From positions 32,001 to 96,000 of IMG/VR virus record IMGVR_UViG_3300032180_000001: a stretch of DNA of 64,000 bases, one strand, 5' to 3'. The DNA is from a virus. Of this stretch, positions 47,119-56,847 are shown piece after piece; positions within the stretch are counted from its first letter, which is position 1; each line of letters begins with the position of its first letter. The translations under genes and the position numbers were made by a program. The notes under the pieces are model-generated. The model ran no database searches. It was not told the origin of the DNA and worked only from the letters and a program-made list of their open reading frames with translations.

Positions 47119-47490
47119 TCAGGGGGCAGGCGTTTTCGCGGGCAGTTTCGCCAGTGGCGTGAGGTTCTGCCGGAGCAGCAAGCCGAGAACGATGCTAACG
47201 GCCGCCGTAGTCGATCCGATCGCTGATGGAGAGAAATGCAAGTGGAAGGCGCCGAGCGCGATCAGCACGGACGTGAGACCGCCCTTGATCACCGGAAGGG
47301 ACACTTCGCGAACGAGCACGGCGGTGAGAATCGAGAGCACAGCAGTAGTAATAACGGTGATCGCTCCGGTCTGGTCGGCGGTGAGATGCCAGCCCCAGGA
47401 CACGGCTAGCGCTACCGCAGTGTTAACGCCGAACAGGATGACGGCCGGCTCCGTCCGGATGAGGTTCAGCAGCTGCTTGAGGTAATTCAC
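47119..47490 (-). CDS. Putative holin
   Basis: Four-TM small protein with internal repeat (TEP.V...LAVSWG.HLT..Q.GAI) at end of late operon. Confidence 0.7.
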   Translation of the reverse strand: MNYLKQLLNLIRTEPAVILFGVNTAVALAVSWGWHLTADQTGAITVITTAVLSILTAVLVREVSLPVIKGGLTSVLIALGAFHLHFSPSAIGSTTAAVSIVLGLLLRQNLTPLAKLPAKTPAP

Positions 47491-47492
47491 GG

Positions 47493-48386
47493 TCAGGCCT
47501 TTCGGTTACGGGTCAGCAGGGTTACCAGGGCGAGAAGGCACCCGGATGGAGAAGGCGCCGAAGACGGCGGAGTAGAAGACGAACTCGGTGCGAGCGGCGG
47601 TGACGATGCGGGGGCGGGAAAGGGATTCTGCCCGGTAATCGCATTAAATTCGGAGCCGAGCGTCACCAGATCGACACCATCCGGATCCTTCCCGCTCGTT
47701 TTGTTTACCCAGTTAAGGCTGACCGGCGCCCAGGCTTCGCTGCTGAAGGTGGACCAGAAATTCCAGTCCATGTGCCAGAGTTTCCCCCAGGTGAGCAGCA
47801 GGAAACCAGCCGCGTCGTACCCGCAAATCAAAACGCAGTGCCCGCCGGCCAGCGAAGTGTCAGTGGTAACGATCCACGGCTGACCGTTATCGAATTGCGT
47901 GATGGCACTGTTCGGCAGGTTCAGCGCGACGGACAGGCAGCCGAACTCCCAGATCGCGGTCTTCATCTTCTCGATGGCGGTAATGTCCACCTCGCCGTAA
48001 GCCGCGATCATCACGCCCGCCATGCCGGGGTTTTTCAGGTAGCTGAGGCCGTCCGGGATCTGCGCTCCGTTATCGGTCGGGTTGCGGCCTGGCGGCCCTG
48101 CGTTCGGGTCGAAGCCGCCAACCACCTCGTACGCTGTCAGCACCGCATCGTCGGGGACGGTAACCTCGGAGCCCTGACCGAACCAGGTCTGCTGCTGTAT
48201 GATATTCGCATCACTCGCGAGTACACAGCACCCGTACGTATCATTCAGGTGCATTCCTATCACAGGGATACCTGAGCCCCAGTTAACGCTCGGCGGGGCC
48301 ACGTTCTCACGTAGGGAGGCGGTCAGCCGGACTCGGGGGCGTTCCGATGGTGTCGGGACTAGTCCGCCCCGGAATACGGTTGTCAT
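47493..48386 (-). CDS. Papain-like (C1) cysteine peptidase, candidate lysin
   Basis: LNDTYGCCV, GGHCVLICGY, TWGK; adjacent to holin. Confidence 0.7.
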   Translation of the reverse strand: MTTVFRGGLVPTPSERPRVRLTASLRENVAPPSVNWGSGIPVIGMHLNDTYGCCVLASDANIIQQQTWFGQGSEVTVPDDAVLTAYEVVGGFDPNAGPPGRNPTDNGAQIPDGLSYLKNPGMAGVMIAAYGEVDITAIEKMKTAIWEFGCLSVALNLPNSAITQFDNGQPWIVTTDTSLAGGHCVLICGYDAAGFLLLTWGKLWHMDWNFWSTFSSEAWAPVSLNWVNKTSGKDPDGVDLVTLGSEFNAITGQNPFPAPASSPPLAPSSSSTPPSSAPSPSGCLLALVTLLTRNRKA

Positions 48387-48395
48387 AGGGCCATC

Positions 48396-48554
48396 CTATC
48401 GTGCTTCCGGTTTCTTCTCTTCCGGCCGGTACTCCCAGGTTCGCCAGCCAGTCCGTCGGAAGCCCTCGCGCTTCAGCCGCCGAACCTGCCACGGCCAGGA
48501 GATCGCAATCCAGATCCGCAGGAAGAAACGGCTGCGCCGGGGAACACCCTCCAT
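48396..48554 (-). CDS. Small basic Trp-rich protein
   Basis: MEGVPRRSRFFLRIWIAISWPWQVRRLKREG. Confidence 0.45.
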   Translation of the reverse strand: MEGVPRRSRFFLRIWIAISWPWQVRRLKREGFRRTGWRTWEYRPEEKKPEAR

Positions 48555-48687
48555 GCCTAACGGACCTTTCCGGGTAATCTGGGAGCCACCGCACGATACG
48601 GTCTGGCTGGCCACGCTGCTCCCCCAAGTGCTGGAGATGGCGATAGTCTGCGGACTCGTTGTGTCGAAGTTTACCCCGGTAGCTTGG

Positions 48688-48716
48688 TTGTCGAACAAAG
48701 TATTACATGTTATGCT
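48688..48716 (+). promoter_or_regulatory. Leaderless-type promoter of antisense HNH
   Basis: TTGTCG-N17-TATGCT, ATG 6 nt downstream. Confidence 0.65.
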
Positions 48717-48722
48717 AAAACC

Positions 48723-49433
48723 ATGAGCGGACCAGCAGGCGTTACCTACCCGCCCGGCTATCGTTTCGGCCGGGGCACCGTCATTGAAGAAGTCAGGTTT
48801 CCCACAACAGACCCCCGGTACCGGAGCGGCGTTCGCGGCATAAGACTGAGGTGTGACTGCGGAAACGTTTACGAAGTTCGGCTCGCAGCGCTGACTAAAA
48901 AGTATAAGCCAACCCAATCGTGCGGATGCCTGATGCGGGAAGTAGCACAAACAGCCTCCATAACGCATGGTCTTACTTATCACCCTCTTTACGAAGAATG
49001 GAGTAACATCAAACAGCGATGTTATAACCCGGATAATACCTCGTTCAGGTGGTATGGAGGGAGAATCACCCTGTGCAAGCGCTGGCACGATCCTGAGCTT
49101 TTCATAAAGGATATATTGGCCGAAATCGGTCCGAGACCTAAGGGGCGCACCCTGTCGGGAAAGATGCCAGCTTGGTGGATCGACCGTATCGATAATGATG
49201 GTGACTATAAACAAGGTAACGTCCGCTGGGTCACGCCAACTAAATCGACTCATAATCAACGTAGACACTGGGATACTAAACTTGATCCCGAGAAGATAAT
49301 TGATATTAAGCGACGGCTCATTGCAGGTGAGAGCGGGATTTCGATAGCCAGATCTTACGGTGTATCGAAAGGGCATATTAGCCGAATTAAAACCGGTAAA
49401 GCATGGTCTCATATCAAGGACCTTTCCGGGTGA
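48723..49433 (+). CDS. HNH homing endonuclease, antisense in late operon
   Basis: CDCG, SCGC, W..IKQRCYNP, LCKRW, IDRIDNDGDY..GNVRW, C-terminal HTH. Confidence 0.9.
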   Translation: MSGPAGVTYPPGYRFGRGTVIEEVRFPTTDPRYRSGVRGIRLRCDCGNVYEVRLAALTKKYKPTQSCGCLMREVAQTASITHGLTYHPLYEEWSNIKQRCYNPDNTSFRWYGGRITLCKRWHDPELFIKDILAEIGPRPKGRTLSGKMPAWWIDRIDNDGDYKQGNVRWVTPTKSTHNQRRHWDTKLDPEKIIDIKRRLIAGESGISIARSYGVSKGHISRIKTGKAWSHIKDLSG

Positions 49434-51669
49434 GCTGACTGCCACCGCACGATACGGTCTGGCTGGCAACGCTGCTCCCCCAGACGCTAGAAATGGCGAT
49501 AGTCTGCGCGCTAGTCGTATCGAATGCTACGGACGTACTTTGTGAGCTTAGGTATGCGTTGTTATTATTTGATCCCGATGAGCGATTGGCGTTGATTCCG
49601 ATCCCGCCATCGATAAAAAGGCTTACCTTACCCGAAGATCCGGCAGTAGTTATCATTGCTTTCAACGTGATATGCCCGGAAAATGCCTGACCAGCACTGA
49701 AGAATCCTCCGCCGATTGTGTCGCCTCCGCTAGTCGTCTCAACGGTGCCCGACAGGTTCGGCTTAAACCCGAGCGTAGCTGTTTCGAAGGTACCATTAAA
49801 CTCCGCTTCCACCTCATAAATGGTACCGACTACCGCGTCATTCGCCGGAATGGCCCAGGCGACTGTCATCAACTGCGTGCCATTATTGGCGTTAGTCTTG
49901 GCAGTCGTGTCCGTCTGCACGATCGGGAAGGTTCCGGAAAATGCAGCGTTAGTCAGTCCAGACGGCCTGCCAGAGAGCGTTACCGTTCCTCCGATAGCCT
50001 GAATCTCAACACCTTCCGTACCTGCCTGGATCAGGAAACCGGTCGTCGGGTTCCACCATTGAAGTGCCCCTATGGCAGACCACGGGCTGACGCTCCCGGT
50101 CATCGCACTGGCCTTGTACCAGTTGATCGCACCGCCTTGCTGGAGCTGCATCGCAATGTAACCAGATCCAGTAATCGTGTCAGGCCCGTAGGTTACCAGC
50201 CCGGGGAGCAGCCAGTTACCGTACTGATCCTGAGCTTCCGACGGCGCGACGTTGCTTGCCAGCAGGGTATTCGCACCTCCGACGGACAAGTACTGGCCGC
50301 TCACGGTACCGTCCGCCCCGTTACCGCCCTTTGGCGGGGCCGCAGCGGTGTGCCCGTACACGGTAAGAACCGGCGCCTGGGTACCGCCGCCGGCTCCGGC
50401 GAAAGAACAGCGATAGCTCGTATCCAGAGCAGGAGCGAGGCCGAAGGTTAGCGCGGTGGCGGTCCCGGCCTTCAAGGCGGTAAGAAAGCCGGTGGCCGCG
50501 GTGAGATCGATCACCGTGGTAACGCCCGCAAAGGCAGTGAAACTCTGGATTTGCGTGATGGCCGGAGACAGGCCGGTCCAGGATGGTCCGATGCCCGGCC
50601 CAAAGGTCGCGTACCCAAGCTTGACGGTCGCCCAGGCGCTGTACGTGGTCAGGCAGGTCAAGGTTAGCGTTACCCGGTCGATGGTCACGGTTGCCAGGTC
50701 GCTGGCTATCGACGACGGCAGGATCATGCCAGATTTCTGGGTGCCGTACAAGTTCCCCGGGCTGCCGGAAACGCCACCCTGATGCAGGGTGCCATCCGAG
50801 GGCGTAGAATTAGCCAGCTGATTGGCGCCACCTCCGATCGCGTCACTGCCATTCCAGGTTCCAGACAACGTTGGGTTGTAGACATGCGTGACCTGACCCG
50901 CTGCCGAGGCCGCCCCCGCACCGCCGCCGCCCGCACCAGGCGACGCACCGTTGCTGCCGCTAACGCCCGCATTACCGCCGGCACCGCCCGCGCCGCCGCC
51001 AATCGAGCCTGCTAGGCCACCCAGGGCTCCACCGCTCCCGCCAGACGTAGCACCATCGCCGCCATCGTCGGCGTTTCCCGCGCTCCCGCCGCCACCGCAG
51101 CCGCCCGTTGACTGAGTGCCGTCACCGCCGCCGATGCCGCCGTCCTGCCCGTTACTGCTGAGACCGGATGGAGCGCTGCCGCCCGTTCCGCCAGATCCCC
51201 CGATGAGGTTACTTCCGGCGTTACCTCCATTAGCTGATATTCCCCCGAGGGCGCTGCCGAGATCAAAGGAGGAAGCCGTGCCAGGCTGACCAGGATTTCC
51301 GGTTGTACCGCCGCTGCCGCCCGCGCCAACGGTATATGAATATATTTGACCTGGGGTTACTGGATAAGCTGGGCAGGAAAAGTACTCGCCTCCGCCGCCG
51401 CCTTCCCCGCCTTTCGCCGATGTTCCGCCGCCACCGCCCGCTCCCGCACCCCAGCACTGCATCAGAAGCGACGTTACACCGGCCGGGCAGGTCCAGGTAT
51501 ACGTTCCCGCAGCGGTGGCTGGCATTCCGGCGGGACTGTTAGCCGTAATTTCCCAGACAATGCTTCCGTTCGGCGGCGGCTGCGCGACAAGCGCGTTGAA
51601 CCGCTGTTCCAGTCCCTGCAGCTTCGCGAGGCCCTTGGGCAGAAGCTGTGCTCTCGAAGGGGTGGGCAT
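49414..51669 (-). CDS. Glycine-rich tail fibre/minor tail protein
   Basis: WTCPAGVTS....CWGAGAGGGG glycine-rich repeats; position in tail operon. Confidence 0.8.
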   Translation of the reverse strand: MPTPSRAQLLPKGLAKLQGLEQRFNALVAQPPPNGSIVWEITANSPAGMPATAAGTYTWTCPAGVTSLLMQCWGAGAGGGGGTSAKGGEGGGGGEYFSCPAYPVTPGQIYSYTVGAGGSGGTTGNPGQPGTASSFDLGSALGGISANGGNAGSNLIGGSGGTGGSAPSGLSSNGQDGGIGGGDGTQSTGGCGGGGSAGNADDGGDGATSGGSGGALGGLAGSIGGGAGGAGGNAGVSGSNGASPGAGGGGAGAASAAGQVTHVYNPTLSGTWNGSDAIGGGANQLANSTPSDGTLHQGGVSGSPGNLYGTQKSGMILPSSIASDLATVTIDRVTLTLTCLTTYSAWATVKLGYATFGPGIGPSWTGLSPAITQIQSFTAFAGVTTVIDLTAATGFLTALKAGTATALTFGLAPALDTSYRCSFAGAGGGTQAPVLTVYGHTAAAPPKGGNGADGTVSGQYLSVGGANTLLASNVAPSEAQDQYGNWLLPGLVTYGPDTITGSGYIAMQLQQGGAINWYKASAMTGSVSPWSAIGALQWWNPTTGFLIQAGTEGVEIQAIGGTVTLSGRPSGLTNAAFSGTFPIVQTDTTAKTNANNGTQLMTVAWAIPANDAVVGTIYEVEAEFNGTFETATLGFKPNLSGTVETTSGGDTIGGGFFSAGQAFSGHITLKAMITTAGSSGKVSLFIDGGIGINANRSSGSNNNNAYLSSQSTSVAFDTTSAQTIAISSVWGSSVASQTVSCGGSQLTRKGP

Positions 51670-51691
51670 CGTTTGTCGGTCCGTCCTCTGA

Positions 51692-53179
51692 TTAGAATTT
51701 TTCAGGATACATACTGGAAACCAGTGAAGCCATGTCCATCCGAACTCCAGCGAACGGCGTAATTGTTGCCGTATCCGTATCATTATCGAATTCATAAGAG
51801 CCAACGAGGAAAGTGATGGGGCCGGGGGTTACCTCGCCGCCAAGGCTCGCGTCGGTGCAGATCAGCTGGGCTACTTCCCCCGCGTGCTCGCAGCCGAGAT
51901 CAACCGGAACGCCACCCGGATTCAGGTACTGTCCCGGCCCGACGGTGAACGGCCCCGCCCAGTTGGCCCTTATATAACGAGACAGTATATTATTCCCGAT
52001 CGCCTGCGCCTGCGTGGCTGTAAGCGTGCCAGCCGAGGTAATGTCCTGGTAATATTCCAGCACCCCGTGTTTCTGCGCTGATGCTGTATTCTGCACGGTA
52101 GTCGTCGTAAATGTCGCGAGAACTTCTGCTACGAGCACCGCTCCGCTAGGCCCGGTTACTGCGGGGATATCCGGGGTCTCCTGATAACGCAGCACCAGGG
52201 TATTAATGTCCAGCGCGATGGTGCGCGCGACGGGCGTGGTGGCAACCAGCATGCGGGTGGGCTTCCCGTTCGGATTGCCTGCCGCGTCGGTGGGATACGG
52301 GAAGACCCGCAACTGCCACGGACCGCTCGGCAATGTTGACCCCTGGCCTTCTTGCACATCCCAGAGCAAACTACCGCCCGTGCAAATCAAAGTGAGATAA
52401 TCCGTAATGGTCTGGCTACCGGAATCCTGCTCTTGAAGAAGATAAACACCAGCCGGAGTGCCAATGCCGTGATTTACCCAGCGGAGTCCTCGGGTGATCG
52501 CTTCGTTGACATGGTCGTCGGGGTTACCCCACGTGGTGTACATGCTGGCGAAGTTCGTGCCAAGGGTGCCAGCTCCGTGTGCTGTGCAAGTCCAGCCGGC
52601 CGACGTGGGCTGCGGCTCGTCGAGGATGCCCTCCCATACGCATCCGGCACCGCGGAAGATCTGTATCACCCGTCCGGGATCAAGGGCATCGGTACGGGTT
52701 TCCGGTGGGATCTGCAATGTCCAGCTGGCCGCGTCCGGGCCACCAGGGCAGGTGAAAGAGTACTTGAGGCCACCGACGTGACCGATCGCGCCCAGCCAGC
52801 GGGGGTTTTTTGGCCGGGGCAGGATGTTTATCTCATCGGTCGCCACGGGCGTGACCGCAGGCAGCGGCGTGAACGATATTGTGTAGTTCGCTCCCGCACC
52901 TGGTGTTACCGTGCTGACCCGGAACACTGTCGGCTCTTTCAGCGATCCGCCTCCCGTTTGAAGCTGAAAAGCATCACCGGGCTGCGGAACATACCCGAAA
53001 AGCGTTCCCGTTACAAACGGCTGAACAACCACATAGGGAAGATAAAGACCTCCTGACTGTGAAGTCCCGGCCGACGTGATGGCGATAACGGTGCTCAGGC
53101 TCGGGCTTGTCGGCGAATAAGCCGGCCAAGCGGGTGCAAGGGAACATATCTGCGAACGACTTCGTGACTCCAATGGCAT
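51692..53179 (-). CDS. Minor tail protein (Tal/hub-like)
   Basis: CPGGPDAASW, WEG.L.EP motifs, position; start uncertain. Confidence 0.7.
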   Translation of the reverse strand: MPLESRSRSQICSLAPAWPAYSPTSPSLSTVIAITSAGTSQSGGLYLPYVVVQPFVTGTLFGYVPQPGDAFQLQTGGGSLKEPTVFRVSTVTPGAGANYTISFTPLPAVTPVATDEINILPRPKNPRWLGAIGHVGGLKYSFTCPGGPDAASWTLQIPPETRTDALDPGRVIQIFRGAGCVWEGILDEPQPTSAGWTCTAHGAGTLGTNFASMYTTWGNPDDHVNEAITRGLRWVNHGIGTPAGVYLLQEQDSGSQTITDYLTLICTGGSLLWDVQEGQGSTLPSGPWQLRVFPYPTDAAGNPNGKPTRMLVATTPVARTIALDINTLVLRYQETPDIPAVTGPSGAVLVAEVLATFTTTTVQNTASAQKHGVLEYYQDITSAGTLTATQAQAIGNNILSRYIRANWAGPFTVGPGQYLNPGGVPVDLGCEHAGEVAQLICTDASLGGEVTPGPITFLVGSYEFDNDTDTATITPFAGVRMDMASLVSSMYPEKF

Positions 53180-53520
53180 TAGCTAATCACCCATCTTCCG
53201 TTTATTAGCTGACCATGATCACCGCAATGACAGAGCAGCGATGGTGAAAGTGTCAGTGGTTCCCAGGACAGTACCTGCCAGAACGGGCCTCCTAGAAGCT
53301 GTCGTTGCACCGGGCCGTCAAAGGTAATCGATCCTTCGCAGAATCCGTTCTTCTGGCAGAACTCGTTACCGTCATCCGGACGCAAATCATGTCCGACTAT
53401 TGCCCCCCATTTTTCTACATCCGGAAATTTCGCGTACTGCGGGTTCAGCTTCCGGTCCGGTCCCCATGAGGTAAAATGGAGCCAGTGGGCGCTGCCGAGA
53501 TCAAGCCGTGGGCTAGTCAT
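53179..53520 (-). CDS. DUF6527-like small Cys/His protein
   Basis: WEPLTLSPSLLCHCGDHG....GRW. Confidence 0.55.
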   Translation of the reverse strand: MTSPRLDLGSAHWLHFTSWGPDRKLNPQYAKFPDVEKWGAIVGHDLRPDDGNEFCQKNGFCEGSITFDGPVQRQLLGGPFWQVLSWEPLTLSPSLLCHCGDHGQLINGRWVIS

Positions 53521-56500
53521 AAGACGAGACGCTCCAAGAACCAACGATTCACAAAAGTTACACCGAGCGAGGGTGCCCCGGAGGGACTGTACGCGAACAA
53601 CAGGTTGTCGGTTTTGTTCTGTCCGCCATCCAGGTAGAAGGGACCACCACTGGGGATTGCCGAATCGAGTACGCTGACGGCCTGGCTCCTGTCCAGGTCG
53701 CTGCCCAGGATCCGGCCGAGGTCTCTGTCAGTTGACGGCTCGTCGATGTAGAAGTTGGTGTACACTCCGCCAGACGGGATATTAACGATAACGGTCTGTC
53801 CCTGAGTGTCGATAAACAGCACGTCAAGGAACTGATCTTCCAAATCAGTATCGGTGATGGACACCGTAAAGTATCCCGACGTGTTACTGAAATCGATATC
53901 CTTGACGGGCAGTGTCATCTCACCCATCATCACGATTCCATTCACGATATCAGTGGCTGGCGTAAAGGTACGATTAATCGTAGTCTGAAAAGGTGCCTTC
54001 GACTTCCCAAGGTACTCATACTGGTTGACAGTAATGGTCATTCGCCGTGATGCGGTGGGGTTGTCCCAGTTGTACGCTACGGCTATTACACTGTACGTAC
54101 CGTCGAATAGAGCATTCTGACCTGCTATGAGGGTCGGAACTTTATATTCAATGCCCGTGGGGAGGTCTGCAGTGTTCAAGATTGGCACACAGGGGTTAAG
54201 TGACGGCGGAGCATTATGCCCGGGTCGGTGTACGATGAGGGTGCCGAATGGTGCGAGTGGCGGAGTATGCGTCAGGGTGATAGAACCTTGCCCGCCGAGA
54301 CCGCCCGCGACGGCATTACCGGAAGAGTAATCCGCACCGCCTCCGCCACCGCCGGGTGCTGAACCAGATAGGCCCACTGTATTCGCGACGGTTGCGCCAT
54401 TCCCGCCCTTGCCACCACCTTTTACTGCGGGTGCGCCGGTTCCGCCTGACGCTCCGGCCGTCCCCGCAGTGCCTGTCGCTGCAGATCCGCCAGAGCCGCC
54501 GCCGCCACCACCATTCGTGCCGCCGAGGCCGCCCGCGCCGCCATCGTGATGTGTGGTGGCCGAGCTTCCGGTACCACCAAGACCACCCGTCGTGCTGTTC
54601 AGCAAAGTTGCCTTGCCGCCGTGCGCGGTCACCGTGACGCCAGCCGTGCCGGAGGCCCCAGTCCAGCCCGGATAGGTCCCGAAGGTAGTACTTCCGCCGT
54701 CTACCGGGCTCCCGGATGCCACCGTATAGGTGAGCACGATCTGCCCGGTACTACCATTCGCACCAGGGTTGTTCACGCCAGTGTTAGGATTGGTGTAACC
54801 GCCGCCCCCGCCTCCGCCAGGCGCCCCGCCAGCTGTCGGCCAGCCGGGCGAACTCGCGCCATTGCCGCCCGCACCGCCGCCAGTCACCGCAGTAGCGCCC
54901 GTGCCACCAGTCATGCCCGACGCGTTGTTACCGGTGTTCCCGCCGGCCGCGCTCCCGCCAGACCCGCCGCCGCCGCCGGCGCCGTAAGAGGGAGATGTTC
55001 CGCCGGCACCGCCGTCGTGATGCGTTGTGTTTGCGCTGCCTGTACCGCCCACGCCACCGAGAGTGCCGCCGGGCTTCTCGGTCAGTCCGCCGTTCGCGGT
55101 CACGGTCTGATGCGCGGTGGCGGGCGTATCGCCAGCGAACGTAGTGGTGCCGCCAACAGCGCCCTGGAAGCCAGCGAGACCCCAGTTACCACCCAGCCCG
55201 CCCACGCCAACGGTAAACGGATAAGAGGTTCCCGGTGTAACGGCTACGGCTGGTTCCGCCGCGTATTCTCCGCCTCCGCCGCCACCGCCGCCCGCCGCTC
55301 CGCCCGACCCGCCGCCCCAGCATTCAGCTTTAACCGCGGTCACCCCGGCGGGGCAGGTCCACGACCCGTTACCTGCCTGATTGAAGGTCACTACAACCGG
55401 GGCTGCACCGGACTGGCCGCCCGTCCCGCATGCGTAAGGCACCGGGGTACCCGCTGCGACGGTCAGCACCTGTGAGGCGTACTCGCCGCCGCCTCCACCG
55501 CCACCGAGACCTGCTGTTGACCTGGCACCGCCGGATCCGCCAGCGCCCACGCATTCAGCCGTTACCGATGTTACTCCGTTAGGCGGCCACCACAGGCCGG
55601 TGCTGCCGGTTAGCGTCTGGGTAATGACTGCCTGACTGGGCAGCTGGAACTGAGCCGAGAACGGGGTTCGGGCAGTACCGGGTACGCCCATAATATTGTA
55701 GTTAACACCGCGCACCGAGGCCGGAGTCGAGATCGACGGCGGATTGGCCACGATATTATCGAGCCAGGCGTTCATCAGTCGCCACTCGGACCAGCCGCCG
55801 CTAACCCGATGGTTGGAGATCACGAGTTTGTAGGCTGTTATCCCGTTATAATTGAATCCGGCAGTTCCCTGCGGAATAGCCGCAGTCAGCCGAGTCCATT
55901 TAGGAGCTTCTGAACTGACAGACCAGGGCGTTTTCTTTCCGGTGACGTGAAAGGACAGTGTATGGCCACTGTTGTCAGTGAGCGTCCAGTTTAGTGTTAC
56001 GTCAGAAGCGAACGGCACCCACGGCTTCCCGTGCGGCGCATCAAAACTCTGCCCGAACCAGACGGACAGCGCGGTCAGGCCAGCGATGCTCAGCGACAAC
56101 CCGGTTCTGGTATATACGGCGGTTACGTTCGCGTTCGCAGACGGCTGGGTGTACCGCGCTGAATGCGGTCCGACGACGAACTGCGTTGCCGACTGCGTCC
56201 AATTGGTACCGGAGACCGATGAGAAATTGTCGAGCGTGACGGCAGGCGGCGGAGCGGACTGGCCGGTCAGCGGGGAAGCAAAGTTAACGGTAGTCTGTCC
56301 TGCTGGATCGGTCCGCCCGTAGGGCAGCGCCTGGAAGCTCAGCGTGATCCCGGCGATGGGCGTAACTGCTTCCGGCGCGAATCCGTAACTGTTAACCGTC
56401 GGCAGCGCCCGGAAACAATCAAAAACCTGCGTGAGCCCGGTGCTCGCCGGAGTCCAGGATAGCGTCCAGGTTTGCGCGTCTACCGTCGCCATCAATAGTT

Positions 56501-56819
56501 CTTTTGCCGCAGCAAGAGTTACGTAATCAGGCGCACGGATAATAATCGGCAGCGTGATCGTCCGGTTGCTGGCCCGGTAACCGAAAGGACGCTCGCCATC
56601 CAGCAGCAGGCTCTGGACTAGGTCAGTAGTCGGCTGTGGTGTCCCCAGGTCATAGTTAGCAGGAGCGCCTACCGTTGTGCCCCCGCCGGCCGGATTGTAC
56701 AGCCGGAAGGTAGCACCAACACCATTGGCATTCATTAGCTCTGGTATGTCACTTTGAACAGGTGTATTCCCGCCAAGCAACTCAAACAAATCAGCAATTA
56801 CAAGCGAGTCACTTGACAT
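53517..56819 (-). CDS. Distal tail protein-like with glycine-rich insertion
   Basis: N terminus YDLG.P.P...RTITLPI.I; first gene after TMP; Gly-rich repeats. Confidence 0.75.
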   Translation of the reverse strand: MSSDSLVIADLFELLGGNTPVQSDIPELMNANGVGATFRLYNPAGGGTTVGAPANYDLGTPQPTTDLVQSLLLDGERPFGYRASNRTITLPIIIRAPDYVTLAAAKELLMATVDAQTWTLSWTPASTGLTQVFDCFRALPTVNSYGFAPEAVTPIAGITLSFQALPYGRTDPAGQTTVNFASPLTGQSAPPPAVTLDNFSSVSGTNWTQSATQFVVGPHSARYTQPSANANVTAVYTRTGLSLSIAGLTALSVWFGQSFDAPHGKPWVPFASDVTLNWTLTDNSGHTLSFHVTGKKTPWSVSSEAPKWTRLTAAIPQGTAGFNYNGITAYKLVISNHRVSGGWSEWRLMNAWLDNIVANPPSISTPASVRGVNYNIMGVPGTARTPFSAQFQLPSQAVITQTLTGSTGLWWPPNGVTSVTAECVGAGGSGGARSTAGLGGGGGGGEYASQVLTVAAGTPVPYACGTGGQSGAAPVVVTFNQAGNGSWTCPAGVTAVKAECWGGGSGGAAGGGGGGGGEYAAEPAVAVTPGTSYPFTVGVGGLGGNWGLAGFQGAVGGTTTFAGDTPATAHQTVTANGGLTEKPGGTLGGVGGTGSANTTHHDGGAGGTSPSYGAGGGGGSGGSAAGGNTGNNASGMTGGTGATAVTGGGAGGNGASSPGWPTAGGAPGGGGGGGYTNPNTGVNNPGANGSTGQIVLTYTVASGSPVDGGSTTFGTYPGWTGASGTAGVTVTAHGGKATLLNSTTGGLGGTGSSATTHHDGGAGGLGGTNGGGGGGSGGSAATGTAGTAGASGGTGAPAVKGGGKGGNGATVANTVGLSGSAPGGGGGGADYSSGNAVAGGLGGQGSITLTHTPPLAPFGTLIVHRPGHNAPPSLNPCVPILNTADLPTGIEYKVPTLIAGQNALFDGTYSVIAVAYNWDNPTASRRMTITVNQYEYLGKSKAPFQTTINRTFTPATDIVNGIVMMGEMTLPVKDIDFSNTSGYFTVSITDTDLEDQFLDVLFIDTQGQTVIVNIPSGGVYTNFYIDEPSTDRDLGRILGSDLDRSQAVSVLDSAIPSGGPFYLDGGQNKTDNLLFAYSPSGAPSLGVTFVNRWFLERLVL

Positions 56820-56841
56820 CGCAACCAGCTCCTAGCATCAT
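56813..56841 (+). promoter_or_regulatory. Leaderless-type promoter of NUMOD4-HNH
   Basis: TTGACA-N17-CATCAT, ATG 6 nt downstream. Confidence 0.55.
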
Positions 56842-56847
56842 GGAATC

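Noticed and set aside
48396-49469. 357-aa minus-strand ORF
   Set aside because: Antisense shadow of the HNH running into the duplicated tail-fibre end; only the last 52 aa look like a real gene
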